Source of the DNA: an uncultured Deferribacteres bacterium
GTDB taxonomy: Bacteria > Zhuqueibacterota > Zhuqueibacteria > Zhuqueibacterales > Geothermadaptataceae
Direction: 5' to 3'
Length of the DNA stretch: 38,463 nt
Assembly (NCBI GenBank): GCA_964014485.1
Contig: CAXHAT010000065.1
Span: 1 to 38,463, forward strand
The notes under the pieces are model-generated. The model did no database searches. It was not told where the DNA came from and worked only from the letters and a program-made list of their open reading frames with translations. Made by a program: the position numbers and the translations under genes. Positions 27,280 to 36,034 of the stretch are shown here, one piece after another (position 1 is the first letter of the stretch; each line of letters starts with the position of its first letter).

Positions 27280-28322
27280 TAGTTTGCGCCTTGGTTTTTC
27301 ATTTTCTTTTCCCTCGCCACTTTCTTGCGGTATTCATTGAAAGCCTGGTGCGCTTTACGATGTCCTGCGTACGTTTCGTTAAAAATATGCGAGCCGTCGC
27401 CCTTTGCAACCATAAAAAGATAAGGCTCGTCCGTCGGGTTCAAGGCCGCTTCAATTGAAGCTTTGCCTGGATTGTTAATCGGGCCCGGGGGCAGTCCGGC
27501 GTACTTGTAGGTGTTGTACGGCGAATCGATCTGCAAATCAACATTGAGCAAGCGGCGCGGGCCGTCTGGAATGATAAATTGAATCGTCGGATCGGCTTCC
27601 AGGCGCATGTTCTTGCGCAAGCGATTGTGATAAAGCGCGGCAATCGTTCGACGCTCTTGATCTAAAACAGCCTCGCCTTCCACGAGGGACGCGAGGGTTA
27701 AGATTTGGTATAAACTTAATCCGAGTTCTTTCGCCTTGCGCTCAGCGTTTTCAGGCAAATTTTTCTGGAATTGTGCGAGCATAATTTTGAGTGATTCCTT
27801 TTCATCCACGCCCCATGGAAAAAGGTATGTCTCGGGAAAAAGGAATCCTTCGAGTGAAGTTGCCGCAAATTTTTCGTTTCGCACGAAAACTGAATCATTA
27901 ATGAGAGCGGCGATTTTGGTTGAATCCAACGACAGTTCGGCTGCGAGAATGCCGGCAATTTTCCGCGACGTCAAACCTTCCGGCACGGTGACTTTGATTG
28001 AAACGGATTCGCCTTCCTCAAGAATTCTCAAAATGTCCAAGTGGCTGGCTCCGGCGGGAATCTCAAATTTCCCGGCCTTGAGAGTTGTTTCCTTGCCTGA
28101 AAGTTTGGCCGCCGCCAAAAATAACGTTTCGTTCGAAATCGAACCGTTCCGAATCAGGCTGTCTGCGATGCTGCGCATTGTTGCGCCTTTCGGTACGATC
28201 ACCGCTCGGGCGGTCTCGTCAAACTGCGTCGCCGGTTTCTCAAAAATGAACCATTTGCCGCCGCCAAAAATGAGTGCAACAAAAACGGCGAACATAAAAA
28301 GCGTTTTGAAAAAGCGTTTCAA
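27279..28322 (-). CDS. mltG: Endolytic transglycosylase MltG
   Basis: N-terminal TM anchor, VTVPEG, LEGFLFPETY, LASLVEGE, DSPYNTYKYAGLPPGPINNPG. Confidence 0.96.
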   Translation of the reverse strand: MKRFFKTLFMFAVFVALIFGGGKWFIFEKPATQFDETARAVIVPKGATMRSIADSLIRNGSISNETLFLAAAKLSGKETTLKAGKFEIPAGASHLDILRILEEGESVSIKVTVPEGLTSRKIAGILAAELSLDSTKIAALINDSVFVRNEKFAATSLEGFLFPETYLFPWGVDEKESLKIMLAQFQKNLPENAERKAKELGLSLYQILTLASLVEGEAVLDQERRTIAALYHNRLRKNMRLEADPTIQFIIPDGPRRLLNVDLQIDSPYNTYKYAGLPPGPINNPGKASIEAALNPTDEPYLFMVAKGDGSHIFNETYAGHRKAHQAFNEYRKKVAREKKMKNQGAN

Positions 28323-28325
28323 GCG

Positions 28326-29036
28326 TTATTCCCTGATCAACAAAAATATGTTATATAGTGCGTGCGTGTAAACGGAAACGGCGAGTCCTCGATACACATA
28401 AAGCAGGCTCAGAATCCCGCCGGCGATAAACCGATAAGTAAAAGAATTCCATTCAAAAACTTCGAAGCTCGGATAGTGGTACAGTGAAAAAACGACAGCG
28501 GAAATCAGCGCCGCCAGTGAAATTTGCACCGTCCTTTTTGACGGCAAAAGAGCGTTGAATAAAATGAGTAGTGAACCCAAAAACAACAGGCGGAACAGAA
28601 TTTCTTCATAAACGCCTGCTGCAATTGCAAACAAAAATTGCGGCAAATAACGTTGCGTTTCGGCATTCGCCAACGTTTGCAACGACAGCAAAAATCCTGT
28701 GATGAACTTTGTGACAAAGCCAAAAATAACGGCGTAGGTTACGCATTCCAAAAGGAAACCGCCAACATAAATCGGGTTTGGAAAAGCTTCATAATTTTGC
28801 CGCGCCCGTACAAAAACGATGACCGTAAAAGCCAAATAAATCAGCCCGAAATGCCACCACTCGGTAAGGCCAAGGTAGCCTAGCGAATTTTTGATCAGCA
28901 GCTCAGACGTATTCCTGAGTTCAATGAATTGCAACTCATGAAATTGCGGTATAAAGTATTCGTAAACAAAAATGAGCGGCAAGATTGCGACTAGGCTGAA
29001 GGCGAGCGTTTTGGTCTGTTCAATATACCGAGTCAC
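28326..29036 (-). CDS. CPBP (CAAX/Abi) family intramembrane glutamic endopeptidase
   Basis: GVYEEILFR, FSLYH, HALYN motifs; multiple TM segments. Confidence 0.88.
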   Translation of the reverse strand: MTRYIEQTKTLAFSLVAILPLIFVYEYFIPQFHELQFIELRNTSELLIKNSLGYLGLTEWWHFGLIYLAFTVIVFVRARQNYEAFPNPIYVGGFLLECVTYAVIFGFVTKFITGFLLSLQTLANAETQRYLPQFLFAIAAGVYEEILFRLLFLGSLLILFNALLPSKRTVQISLAALISAVVFSLYHYPSFEVFEWNSFTYRFIAGGILSLLYVYRGLAVSVYTHALYNIFLLIRE

Positions 29037-29097
29037 GGCGCGGCGATTTCACTGGTGGCAAGAATTTTTCAGGCGATTTTGAAAGTTAAAGGGCGCT

Positions 29098-29126
29098 AAT
29101 ATATTGATTCAGTGGTGGAATGTCAA
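29098..29126 (-). promoter_or_regulatory. Sigma70-type promoter for the CPBP-mltG-pcrA operon (TTGACA-N17-TATATT)
   Basis: Perfect -35, 17-nt spacer, 5/6 -10, about 60 nt upstream of the GTG start. Confidence 0.75.
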
Positions 29127-29161
29127 CGCGAAAAGCAGGCTGAACGCCTAGCCAATTTCGC

Positions 29162-29189
29162 TTGATTTCTACAACAGGAATGGTATATT
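29162..29189 (+). promoter_or_regulatory. Divergent promoter (TTGATT-N16-TATATT with extended TGn)
   Basis: Located 48 nt upstream of the ATG at 29238. Confidence 0.6.
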
Positions 29190-29237
29190 GGACGGTTTTT
29201 AAACAAGACCTTATCCACATAAAGTTGCGAGTCACGA

Positions 29238-29561
29238 ATGTTAGCTGAACTTCATTTTACCGCTGTTGGAACCGGAGAAGAGCAAAAAGAGCTTATTGCC
29301 AAAACGGTCGATATTGTTGAAAAAAGCGATCTGGATTACCAAGTCACCTCCATGGGCACAATCGTCGAAGGTGAGTGGGACGAGATCATGCTTTTGCTCA
29401 AAAAATGCCATGACGCCTTGCTCAAGGAAGACGGCGTGAATCGTATCATTTCAAATGTTAGAATCGATGATAGAATGGGCGAAAGCAACCGTCTTAAAAA
29501 CGGCGTTCTTGAAGTTGAATACGCTTTGGGACGCGATTTGAAGACAGGCGGGTTGACTTAA
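29238..29561 (+). CDS. MTH1187/YkoF-like thiamine-binding family protein (DUF77)
   Basis: SDLDYQVTSMGTIVEGEWDE...CH, RI...RIDDR. Confidence 0.9.
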   Translation: MLAELHFTAVGTGEEQKELIAKTVDIVEKSDLDYQVTSMGTIVEGEWDEIMLLLKKCHDALLKEDGVNRIISNVRIDDRMGESNRLKNGVLEVEYALGRDLKTGGLT

Positions 29562-29614
29562 TCGCTCTGAATCGGCTCGTGTTTACGATTGCGACTGAAA
29601 ATCCAAATTGAAGC

Positions 29615-30805
29615 ATGTCAATAGAAATCGCCGATATTATTTTGCTTCTCGCTTCCGCGCAAGGCTTTTTCTTGACGGCTCTGATTTTTCACAAGCATCG
29701 CCCCGTTTTTGCCAACCGCTTTCTTGGCAGCCTCATTTTTCTTTACTCGATCTTACTCTTCCATCTGCTTTTTTTTGAGTTGGGGTACGCAAAAGCCTTT
29801 CCGCTGCTTACGCTCATGATGCTTGGCGTAAGCTACCTGATTCCGCCGCTGCACTACCTTTACGCCAAATATATGGTTCGTGACGGCGGCGAATTTCGCC
29901 AAAAAGACTGGCTGCATTTTTCCCCTTTCATCATCTACGAATGCTACGGGCTGCTACGATTCTATTACTCCGCTGGGGATGCGTTGGCGTTGCTTCGAAG
30001 CGACAACACGCCGCCGTCTATTGAAGCGATTGTTTTCAACTGGGCGTTGCTTGTAGTTGGCTTCGCATACATGACTTTGACCATTGTAACGCTCAATCGA
30101 TATGCTCGCCGGGCAAAAAACGTATTTTCCTCCAGCGAAAAAATCATGCTCGACTGGCTCCGCAACATCACTTTTATGGCTTGCGGAGTTTGGGGCGTTT
30201 TCTTGCTCGAAAACGTTTTGCTGTTAGGCGGGATTGACTTTTCAAACAATTTCACCCTTAGCTCTGCGTTGACCGCCGTCTATGTTTACGCGCTGGGTTA
30301 CTTGGGATTGTTCAAATCCGAAGTTTTTGCCGCGTCGGAAATTGCGGCTTCTATGAATCGAGTTTCAGAAGACCAGCAGAGCGACGATGTGGAAAGAAAA
30401 ACGCCCGCTTCAACACAAAAATATGAAAAGTCCGGGCTTACTGAAGAAAAGGCTGAACAAACCCACAAACGTCTTCTTGCTCTCATGGAAGAAGGCCGTC
30501 CGTATACTAACAGCAATCTAACGTTGAATCAACTGGCGGAGATGCTCGAAGCTTCTTCCCACAACCTTTCCGAAGTGATCAATACGCGGCTTGGGCAAAA
30601 CTTCTTTGATTTCGTCAATCATTATCGAGTAGAGCACGTAAAAAATGATTTGCTCGACCCCCAAAAACAACATCTCAAAGTTCTTGCCATTGCGTTGGAC
30701 GCCGGGTTTAGCTCCAAATCATCCTTCAACGCTATTTTCAAAAAGCACACCCAATTAACCCCATCCCAGTATCGCAAACAAGCTGCTGAAAGCACAGCGT
30801 CTTAA
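29615..30805 (+). CDS. Membrane-bound AraC family transcriptional regulator
   Basis: About 7 N-terminal TM segments. C-terminal LSEVIN..GQNFFDFVNHYRV, IALDAGFSSKSSFNAIFKK.TQLTPSQYR. Confidence 0.93.
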   Translation: MSIEIADIILLLASAQGFFLTALIFHKHRPVFANRFLGSLIFLYSILLFHLLFFELGYAKAFPLLTLMMLGVSYLIPPLHYLYAKYMVRDGGEFRQKDWLHFSPFIIYECYGLLRFYYSAGDALALLRSDNTPPSIEAIVFNWALLVVGFAYMTLTIVTLNRYARRAKNVFSSSEKIMLDWLRNITFMACGVWGVFLLENVLLLGGIDFSNNFTLSSALTAVYVYALGYLGLFKSEVFAASEIAASMNRVSEDQQSDDVERKTPASTQKYEKSGLTEEKAEQTHKRLLALMEEGRPYTNSNLTLNQLAEMLEASSHNLSEVINTRLGQNFFDFVNHYRVEHVKNDLLDPQKQHLKVLAIALDAGFSSKSSFNAIFKKHTQLTPSQYRKQAAESTAS

Positions 30806-31002
30806 ACGACCAGTCCGACGGGTCTGCACTTCCCCGACGCTTCAAAGAAGTCTGAGCCGACGGGCTTGAGCGCATTGTTTAGATTCATTCTCTATTTTTG
30901 TGCAACAACACAGCGCATTCCCGAAAGCGGAAGAGCGCGGTTAAATCATGGTGAATTCAATAATTTACCTGAATGCGCAAGCGAAAATAGAGGTGGTTGA
31001 GA

Positions 31003-33315
31003 ATGAAAATTAAAGATGGCTTTGCAAAACGCATATGTTTGGGAATGGCCTTTTTCCTGGGCGCAATTTCGGTCGGCTTTGGACAAGAAGTCGGAAGTAT
31101 TCGAGGGCAGCTTGTGGACGCGGAGACAAAAGCGCCGCTCATCGGGGCCAACGTCATCCTGCTCAACACATTAAAAGGCGCGGCCACCGACCTCGAAGGC
31201 CGATTCCTGATCCCCAAAGCGCCGGTGGGCGGCTACTCTCTGAAATTCAGCTACATGGGGTATGAACCGCTGATTAAAACTGACATCATTGTGAAACCTC
31301 AACGCACGACTTTTGTGACCGCCGAACTTCGCGCAAGCGCAATGGAAATGGACGCCGTGACTGTTTTTGCCGGTTATTTTGCAAAGACGGATGCGCAGCC
31401 GGTGAGTGCGGTCAATTTTTCCAATGAAGAAATCCGTCGCACGCCGGGCTCAGCGGGAGACGTCAGCCGCATTTTGATGAGCTTGCCGAGCATCGCCAAA
31501 GTGAATGACCAGAGCAACAGTCTGATCGTGCGCGGCGGCAGTCCTCTGGAAAACGCATTTTACATCGACAATATCGAGATTCCGAATATCAATCATTTTC
31601 CAACGCAAGGCTCCTCTGGCGGTCCTATCGGTCTTGTCAACGTTGAGTTCATCCAGGACGTCAGTTTTTCCGGCGGCGGATTTTCCCCAACTTACGGAGA
31701 CAGGCTGTCATCGATTATGAGCCTGACCTTCCGTGAAGGCGACCGCGATAAATTTGAAGGCCAGATCGACCTGAATTTTGCCGGGTTTGGCGGCGCAGCG
31801 GAAGGCCCGTTATTCAATAAGAAGGGTGCGTGGCTTTTTTCCGCGCGCAGGAGCTATCTTGATCTGCTCGTCAAAGCAATCGATATTGGCACAACAGTAG
31901 CCCCGCGCTACGGCGATTATCAAGGCAAGTTTGTTTACGACCTCAGCCCAAAACATAAAATAATGCTTGTCAGCGTCTGGGGAGACGACCACAACAACCC
32001 GGATCGGGAAACCGCGATTGAAAACGACATGACCGTCTATGGCCCGCAGGATATTTACGAAAGGACGACCGGCTTCAACTGGCGGGGATTGTGGGGGCGG
32101 AAGGGTTATTCCCAGACTTCGCTTGCTTACACGGCTTCAAAATTCAGCGAATCGTTCAGTGAAACCAGCACCGGAAATCTTGTCGTGGACAATCACTCCT
32201 TGGAGCGAGAATTTAAGCTTCGCAACGTAAACCATTTTCAAATCAACCGTCGGAACTCATTGGAGTTCGGCTTGGATATGAAGTATTTGAAGTCGAGTTT
32301 TGAAATTGGATACGCGGATTATTCTGACGCTTTTGGAGAGCAAGTCGCTGCCGCGCTTCATCAAAAAAAGATGAGTGCGCAAAAAACAGGCGTTTTTTTC
32401 GACTACGCTGCAAAACCTTTTGCGCATCTCACAACACACCTGGGCTTACGCGCGGATCACTTTTCCTTCAACAACAGCAGCTCTCTTTCTCCCAGACTTG
32501 CTTTGTCGTGGCGCTTGACGAATCGAACATCCTTTAATGGCGCAATCGGGTCGTATCATCAAGCCCTGCCGTTGCTGCTTTTGGCTCAAAACGCAACCAA
32601 CGAGCGGTTGAAAACGCCTGAAGCAAAACATTTTGTATTTGGAATCAGTCATTTGTTGTCCCCGGACGTGAAGCTGACGCTGGAAGCGTACCGAAAAAAT
32701 TACAGCAACTTCCCGCTCGATCCTGGGCAGCCGTCGCTTTTTCTCGTGGATGAGATATTTTACCGTCACGGTTTTTTCCTCAACCACGAACGACTTGTCG
32801 ACTCGGGCGAGGCCTGGTCGCAGGGGGTGGAAGTCGTGCTGCAAAAGAAACTTGCGCAAGGTTTTTACGGTCTGGCCAGCGCTTCATATTTTCGCGCTCG
32901 CTACCGTGGTCTGGACGGTTCCTGGCGAGATCGCGTTTTTGACAACAAAGTTCTCGTAGCAATTGAAGGCGGTTACAAACCCAATCAGCGATGGGATGTG
33001 AGTTTGCGATGGATTTACGCGGGAGGAGCGCCGTACACTCCGCTCAATTTAACAGCTTCAAAAGCCAGCCGCCGCGCTGTATTAGACGAGAATCGGGTCA
33101 ATGAAGCTCGTTTCGCTGATTATCATTCGTTAAACGTTCGCGCGGATAGACGATTTTACTGGGGAAGTTCAAATTTGACCGCTTACTTAAGCGTTTGGAA
33201 CGCCTACAATCGCAAGAACGTCGCGGCCTATTTTTGGAATGAACAAGAACAAAAGCCCGACCAGATTTTCCAGTGGCTGCTGCTGCCGATTTTTGGTTTG
33301 GAGTATGAATTGTAA
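31003..33315 (+). CDS. TonB-dependent receptor with N-terminal carboxypeptidase-regulatory-like domain
   Basis: GQLVDAETKAPLIGANV...GAATDLEGRF, plug VRGG.P.EN..YID, GGFSPTYGDRLSS, beta-barrel ending GLEYEL. RBS GAGGTGG. Confidence 0.93.
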   Translation: MKIKDGFAKRICLGMAFFLGAISVGFGQEVGSIRGQLVDAETKAPLIGANVILLNTLKGAATDLEGRFLIPKAPVGGYSLKFSYMGYEPLIKTDIIVKPQRTTFVTAELRASAMEMDAVTVFAGYFAKTDAQPVSAVNFSNEEIRRTPGSAGDVSRILMSLPSIAKVNDQSNSLIVRGGSPLENAFYIDNIEIPNINHFPTQGSSGGPIGLVNVEFIQDVSFSGGGFSPTYGDRLSSIMSLTFREGDRDKFEGQIDLNFAGFGGAAEGPLFNKKGAWLFSARRSYLDLLVKAIDIGTTVAPRYGDYQGKFVYDLSPKHKIMLVSVWGDDHNNPDRETAIENDMTVYGPQDIYERTTGFNWRGLWGRKGYSQTSLAYTASKFSESFSETSTGNLVVDNHSLEREFKLRNVNHFQINRRNSLEFGLDMKYLKSSFEIGYADYSDAFGEQVAAALHQKKMSAQKTGVFFDYAAKPFAHLTTHLGLRADHFSFNNSSSLSPRLALSWRLTNRTSFNGAIGSYHQALPLLLLAQNATNERLKTPEAKHFVFGISHLLSPDVKLTLEAYRKNYSNFPLDPGQPSLFLVDEIFYRHGFFLNHERLVDSGEAWSQGVEVVLQKKLAQGFYGLASASYFRARYRGLDGSWRDRVFDNKVLVAIEGGYKPNQRWDVSLRWIYAGGAPYTPLNLTASKASRRAVLDENRVNEARFADYHSLNVRADRRFYWGSSNLTAYLSVWNAYNRKNVAAYFWNEQEQKPDQIFQWLLLPIFGLEYEL

Positions 33316-33478
33316 CATGACGGCGCGTTTTCCCTCGAAGTGCGATTTTTTTTTCAATACTTTGTCGCCAACAAATGATTTCTTGCATGGCGATTCTCAA
33401 AAGTTTTGCCCGATCATACATTTTTTTGAGAGCGCCGCTTTTGGGTATTTCCGGTTCACCCGGACGAGGAGGTTTTAG

Positions 33479-33790
33479 ATGGAAATCGCTGATTGGCGAA
33501 AGAAAATCGATGACGCCGATTCCAGGCTGCTCGCGTTGTTGAACGAGCGCGCTTCGTACAGTTGCGCGATTGGCATGATCAAGCGCGAGCGCGGAATGGC
33601 ATTATATGACCCCAAACGCGAAAGGGAGATTATCGCACGCCTCAGCAAGAAGACGACCGGCCCGCTATCACCGCAAGCCGTACGTCGATTGTTCGAACGC
33701 ATCATCGACGAATCACGTCATGCGGAAAAGGAAGCCATGGTTGCAGAAGCGGCTTCTGAGAAAAAAGCAAACCAAGCTCAGGAGAAATAG
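33479..33790 (+). CDS. Monofunctional chorismate mutase (AroQ, CM_2)
   Basis: WRKKID..D..LLALLNERA, IG.IK, YDPKRE.EI, IIDESR; catalytic Arg/Lys/Glu retained. RBS GAGGAGG. Confidence 0.9.
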   Translation: MEIADWRKKIDDADSRLLALLNERASYSCAIGMIKRERGMALYDPKREREIIARLSKKTTGPLSPQAVRRLFERIIDESRHAEKEAMVAEAASEKKANQAQEK

Positions 33791-33791
33791 A

Positions 33792-34823
33792 ATGGTCGTG
33801 ATAATGAAAACAGGCGTCAGCGAAGAAGGCGTCCAGCGCGTTGTCGCGAAGCTAATCGACATGAACTTCAACGTGCATCGTTCAACGGGCGTGCAACGGA
33901 CGATTCTCGGCGCCATCGGCGACCAAACGGATTTTGACCCGCGAACGATTGAAGCGCTTGACGATGTTCGAGAAGTTGTTCGAATTACAAAGCCGTACAA
34001 GTTGGCAAGTCGAAATTTTAAGCGTGAAGATACCGTTGTCGAGGTTGGCGGCGGAAAAATTGGCGGCGAAGAAATCGTTATTATTGCCGGAGTCGGCGTT
34101 ATTGAAGCTGAAAATCAAATCAATACTGCGGCGGAAGCGGTTTCAAAGACTGGCGCCAGAATCTTATTGGGGAACGTCTACGCCAAATCTTTTTCTCCGC
34201 ACGATTTTCAAGGGCTTGGCGAAAAGGGCTGGCGTTATTTGTACGAAGCAGGCAAGAAATTTGGGCTAGGCGTTATGAGCGAAATCCGCAGCGTTCGAAA
34301 GGTTGCGGCCGCTGCGGAATACGTTGATATTTTTTTGGTCGGCGCACAGAATATACAAAATTTTGAACTTCTTGGCGAGATCGGAAAATTAAAAAAGCCC
34401 GTGGTGCTGAAACGCGGTTTTTCGGCGACTCTGGAAGAGACGCTCATCTCTGCGGAGCACATTATGTCGCAGGGAAACTATAATGTTATTCTCTGTGAAA
34501 GCGGCGTTCGGACGTTTGGATTGTACAAACGCAATACGCTGGATATTGCCGCCGTCTCAGCTTTTCAGCAACTCAGCCATTTGCCGGTTATTGTTGATCC
34601 GAGTCAATGCGCGAATGACAGCGCCGAGTTCGCTGCGCTTTGCAAGGCTGCGGTTGTCGCCGGATCGCACGGTTTGATTATTAAGGCGGGGGGTAATGCA
34701 AAAAATGTTGAGTCGAACGCCGCGTATTCTGTAGAACTGGATCAATTCGAGAAATTGACGTTTGAATGCTCGGCGTTGTCGCAAACGGCTTCTGATGTGC
34801 GGCAGGCTATATTTTCGAACTAA
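33792..34823 (+). CDS. DAHP synthase type Ibeta homolog with N-terminal ACT-like domain; active site degenerate (probable pseudoenzyme)
   Basis: Scaffold motifs intact (PYKLASR, FQGLG, NF.LL, PVVLKRG, RTF...RNTLD, HLPVIVDPS) but catalytic motifs substituted; see findings. ATG 33792 is 1 nt after the CM stop. Confidence 0.9.
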   Translation: MVVIMKTGVSEEGVQRVVAKLIDMNFNVHRSTGVQRTILGAIGDQTDFDPRTIEALDDVREVVRITKPYKLASRNFKREDTVVEVGGGKIGGEEIVIIAGVGVIEAENQINTAAEAVSKTGARILLGNVYAKSFSPHDFQGLGEKGWRYLYEAGKKFGLGVMSEIRSVRKVAAAAEYVDIFLVGAQNIQNFELLGEIGKLKKPVVLKRGFSATLEETLISAEHIMSQGNYNVILCESGVRTFGLYKRNTLDIAAVSAFQQLSHLPVIVDPSQCANDSAEFAALCKAAVVAGSHGLIIKAGGNAKNVESNAAYSVELDQFEKLTFECSALSQTASDVRQAIFSN

Positions 34824-36012
34824 GCGCCTCTACGCCGGGAAGGGCTTTGCCAGCCATAAATTCCAGCGAAGCGCCGCCGCCGGTTGAAACATGCGAAATT
34901 TTCTGCGCCAGGCCGGACTTTGCCAATGCCGCTACGGAATCCCCGCCGCCGACAACGCTGAAAGCGCCGTTCTCCGTTGCTTTGGCGACGGCTTCCGCAA
35001 TCGACAAAGTGCCGTGAGCAAAAGCCTCATTTTCAAAAACGCCCATGGGCCCGTTCCAGAAAATTGTCTTTGCTTTCGCAATAATCTCCCCATATTCTTC
35101 CACTGTTCGAGGCCCAATGTCAACGCCCATTTGATTGGCTGCGATGCTCATCGCGGGCGTTTCAGAGCCGCCCGGAGAGTCGATTTTCATCGTGACAATG
35201 TGATCGCGCGGCAACTCTAATTTGACGCCGGTTCTGTTGTTTTCGGAATTGACAAAATCCAGAAGTTCCTGCGCCGTGTCGTAGCGTTCTTTTTCAACCA
35301 GCGATTTCCCTACCGGAATGCCTCTGACTTTTAGAAAAGTATAAGTCATGCCGCCGCCGATCAAAATTGCGCTGACGCGGTTCAGCAGGTTTTGGATAAC
35401 GTCAATTTTGCCTGAAATTTTAGCGCCGCCCAAAATGGCGATAAACGGTCGTTCCGGGTATTGCAAAAGCTTGCCCAACGCCTTGAGTTCCGCCGTCATC
35501 AAGTAACCCGCCGCGCAATGTTCAATGAATTGCGTTACTCCGTGCGTGCTGGCATGTGCGCGATGCGCAGCGCCAAAAGCGTCATTCACATAAACTTCGC
35601 CCATCGTCGCCAATTGTTGCGCAAACGCGGAATCGTTGGTCGTTTCGCCTTCATGAAACCGGACGTTTTCCAGTAAGAGCACGTCGCCCGGCTCCAGAGA
35701 TTTTGCCAGTCGTTCAGCATCTTCTCCGATGCAGTCTGCAGCCATGAGCACGGCTTTATCTAATAGTTCGCCAAGACGCCTTGCAACGGGATCCAGGCTA
35801 AATTCCGGATTTCGTTTGCCTTTAGGGCGCCCTAAATGGGAAGCCAAAACGAGAGAACCGCCGGTTTCTAAAACATGGTTGATTGAAGGCAACGCAGCTC
35901 GGATGCGCGTATCGTCGACGATTTGCCCGTTTTTAAGCGGAACATTGAAATCGACTCGCATGAGTACGCGTTTTCCGGCCAAATCTAATTGATCTATGCT
36001 AGGTGCTGTCAT
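34807..36012 (-). CDS. pgk: Phosphoglycerate kinase
   Basis: [58 protein letters not shown] all intact. Confidence 0.98.
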   Translation of the reverse strand: MTAPSIDQLDLAGKRVLMRVDFNVPLKNGQIVDDTRIRAALPSINHVLETGGSLVLASHLGRPKGKRNPEFSLDPVARRLGELLDKAVLMAADCIGEDAERLAKSLEPGDVLLLENVRFHEGETTNDSAFAQQLATMGEVYVNDAFGAAHRAHASTHGVTQFIEHCAAGYLMTAELKALGKLLQYPERPFIAILGGAKISGKIDVIQNLLNRVSAILIGGGMTYTFLKVRGIPVGKSLVEKERYDTAQELLDFVNSENNRTGVKLELPRDHIVTMKIDSPGGSETPAMSIAANQMGVDIGPRTVEEYGEIIAKAKTIFWNGPMGVFENEAFAHGTLSIAEAVAKATENGAFSVVGGGDSVAALAKSGLAQKISHVSTGGGASLEFMAGKALPGVEALSSKI

Positions 36013-36034
36013 GATCCTGCCCTTGAGATTTTAA

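Noticed and set aside
33606..33791. 62-aa N-terminal extension of the DAHPS homolog in the ORF track
   Set aside because: It overlaps the chorismate mutase in another frame; homology begins at ATG 33792, which has a GGAG upstream.
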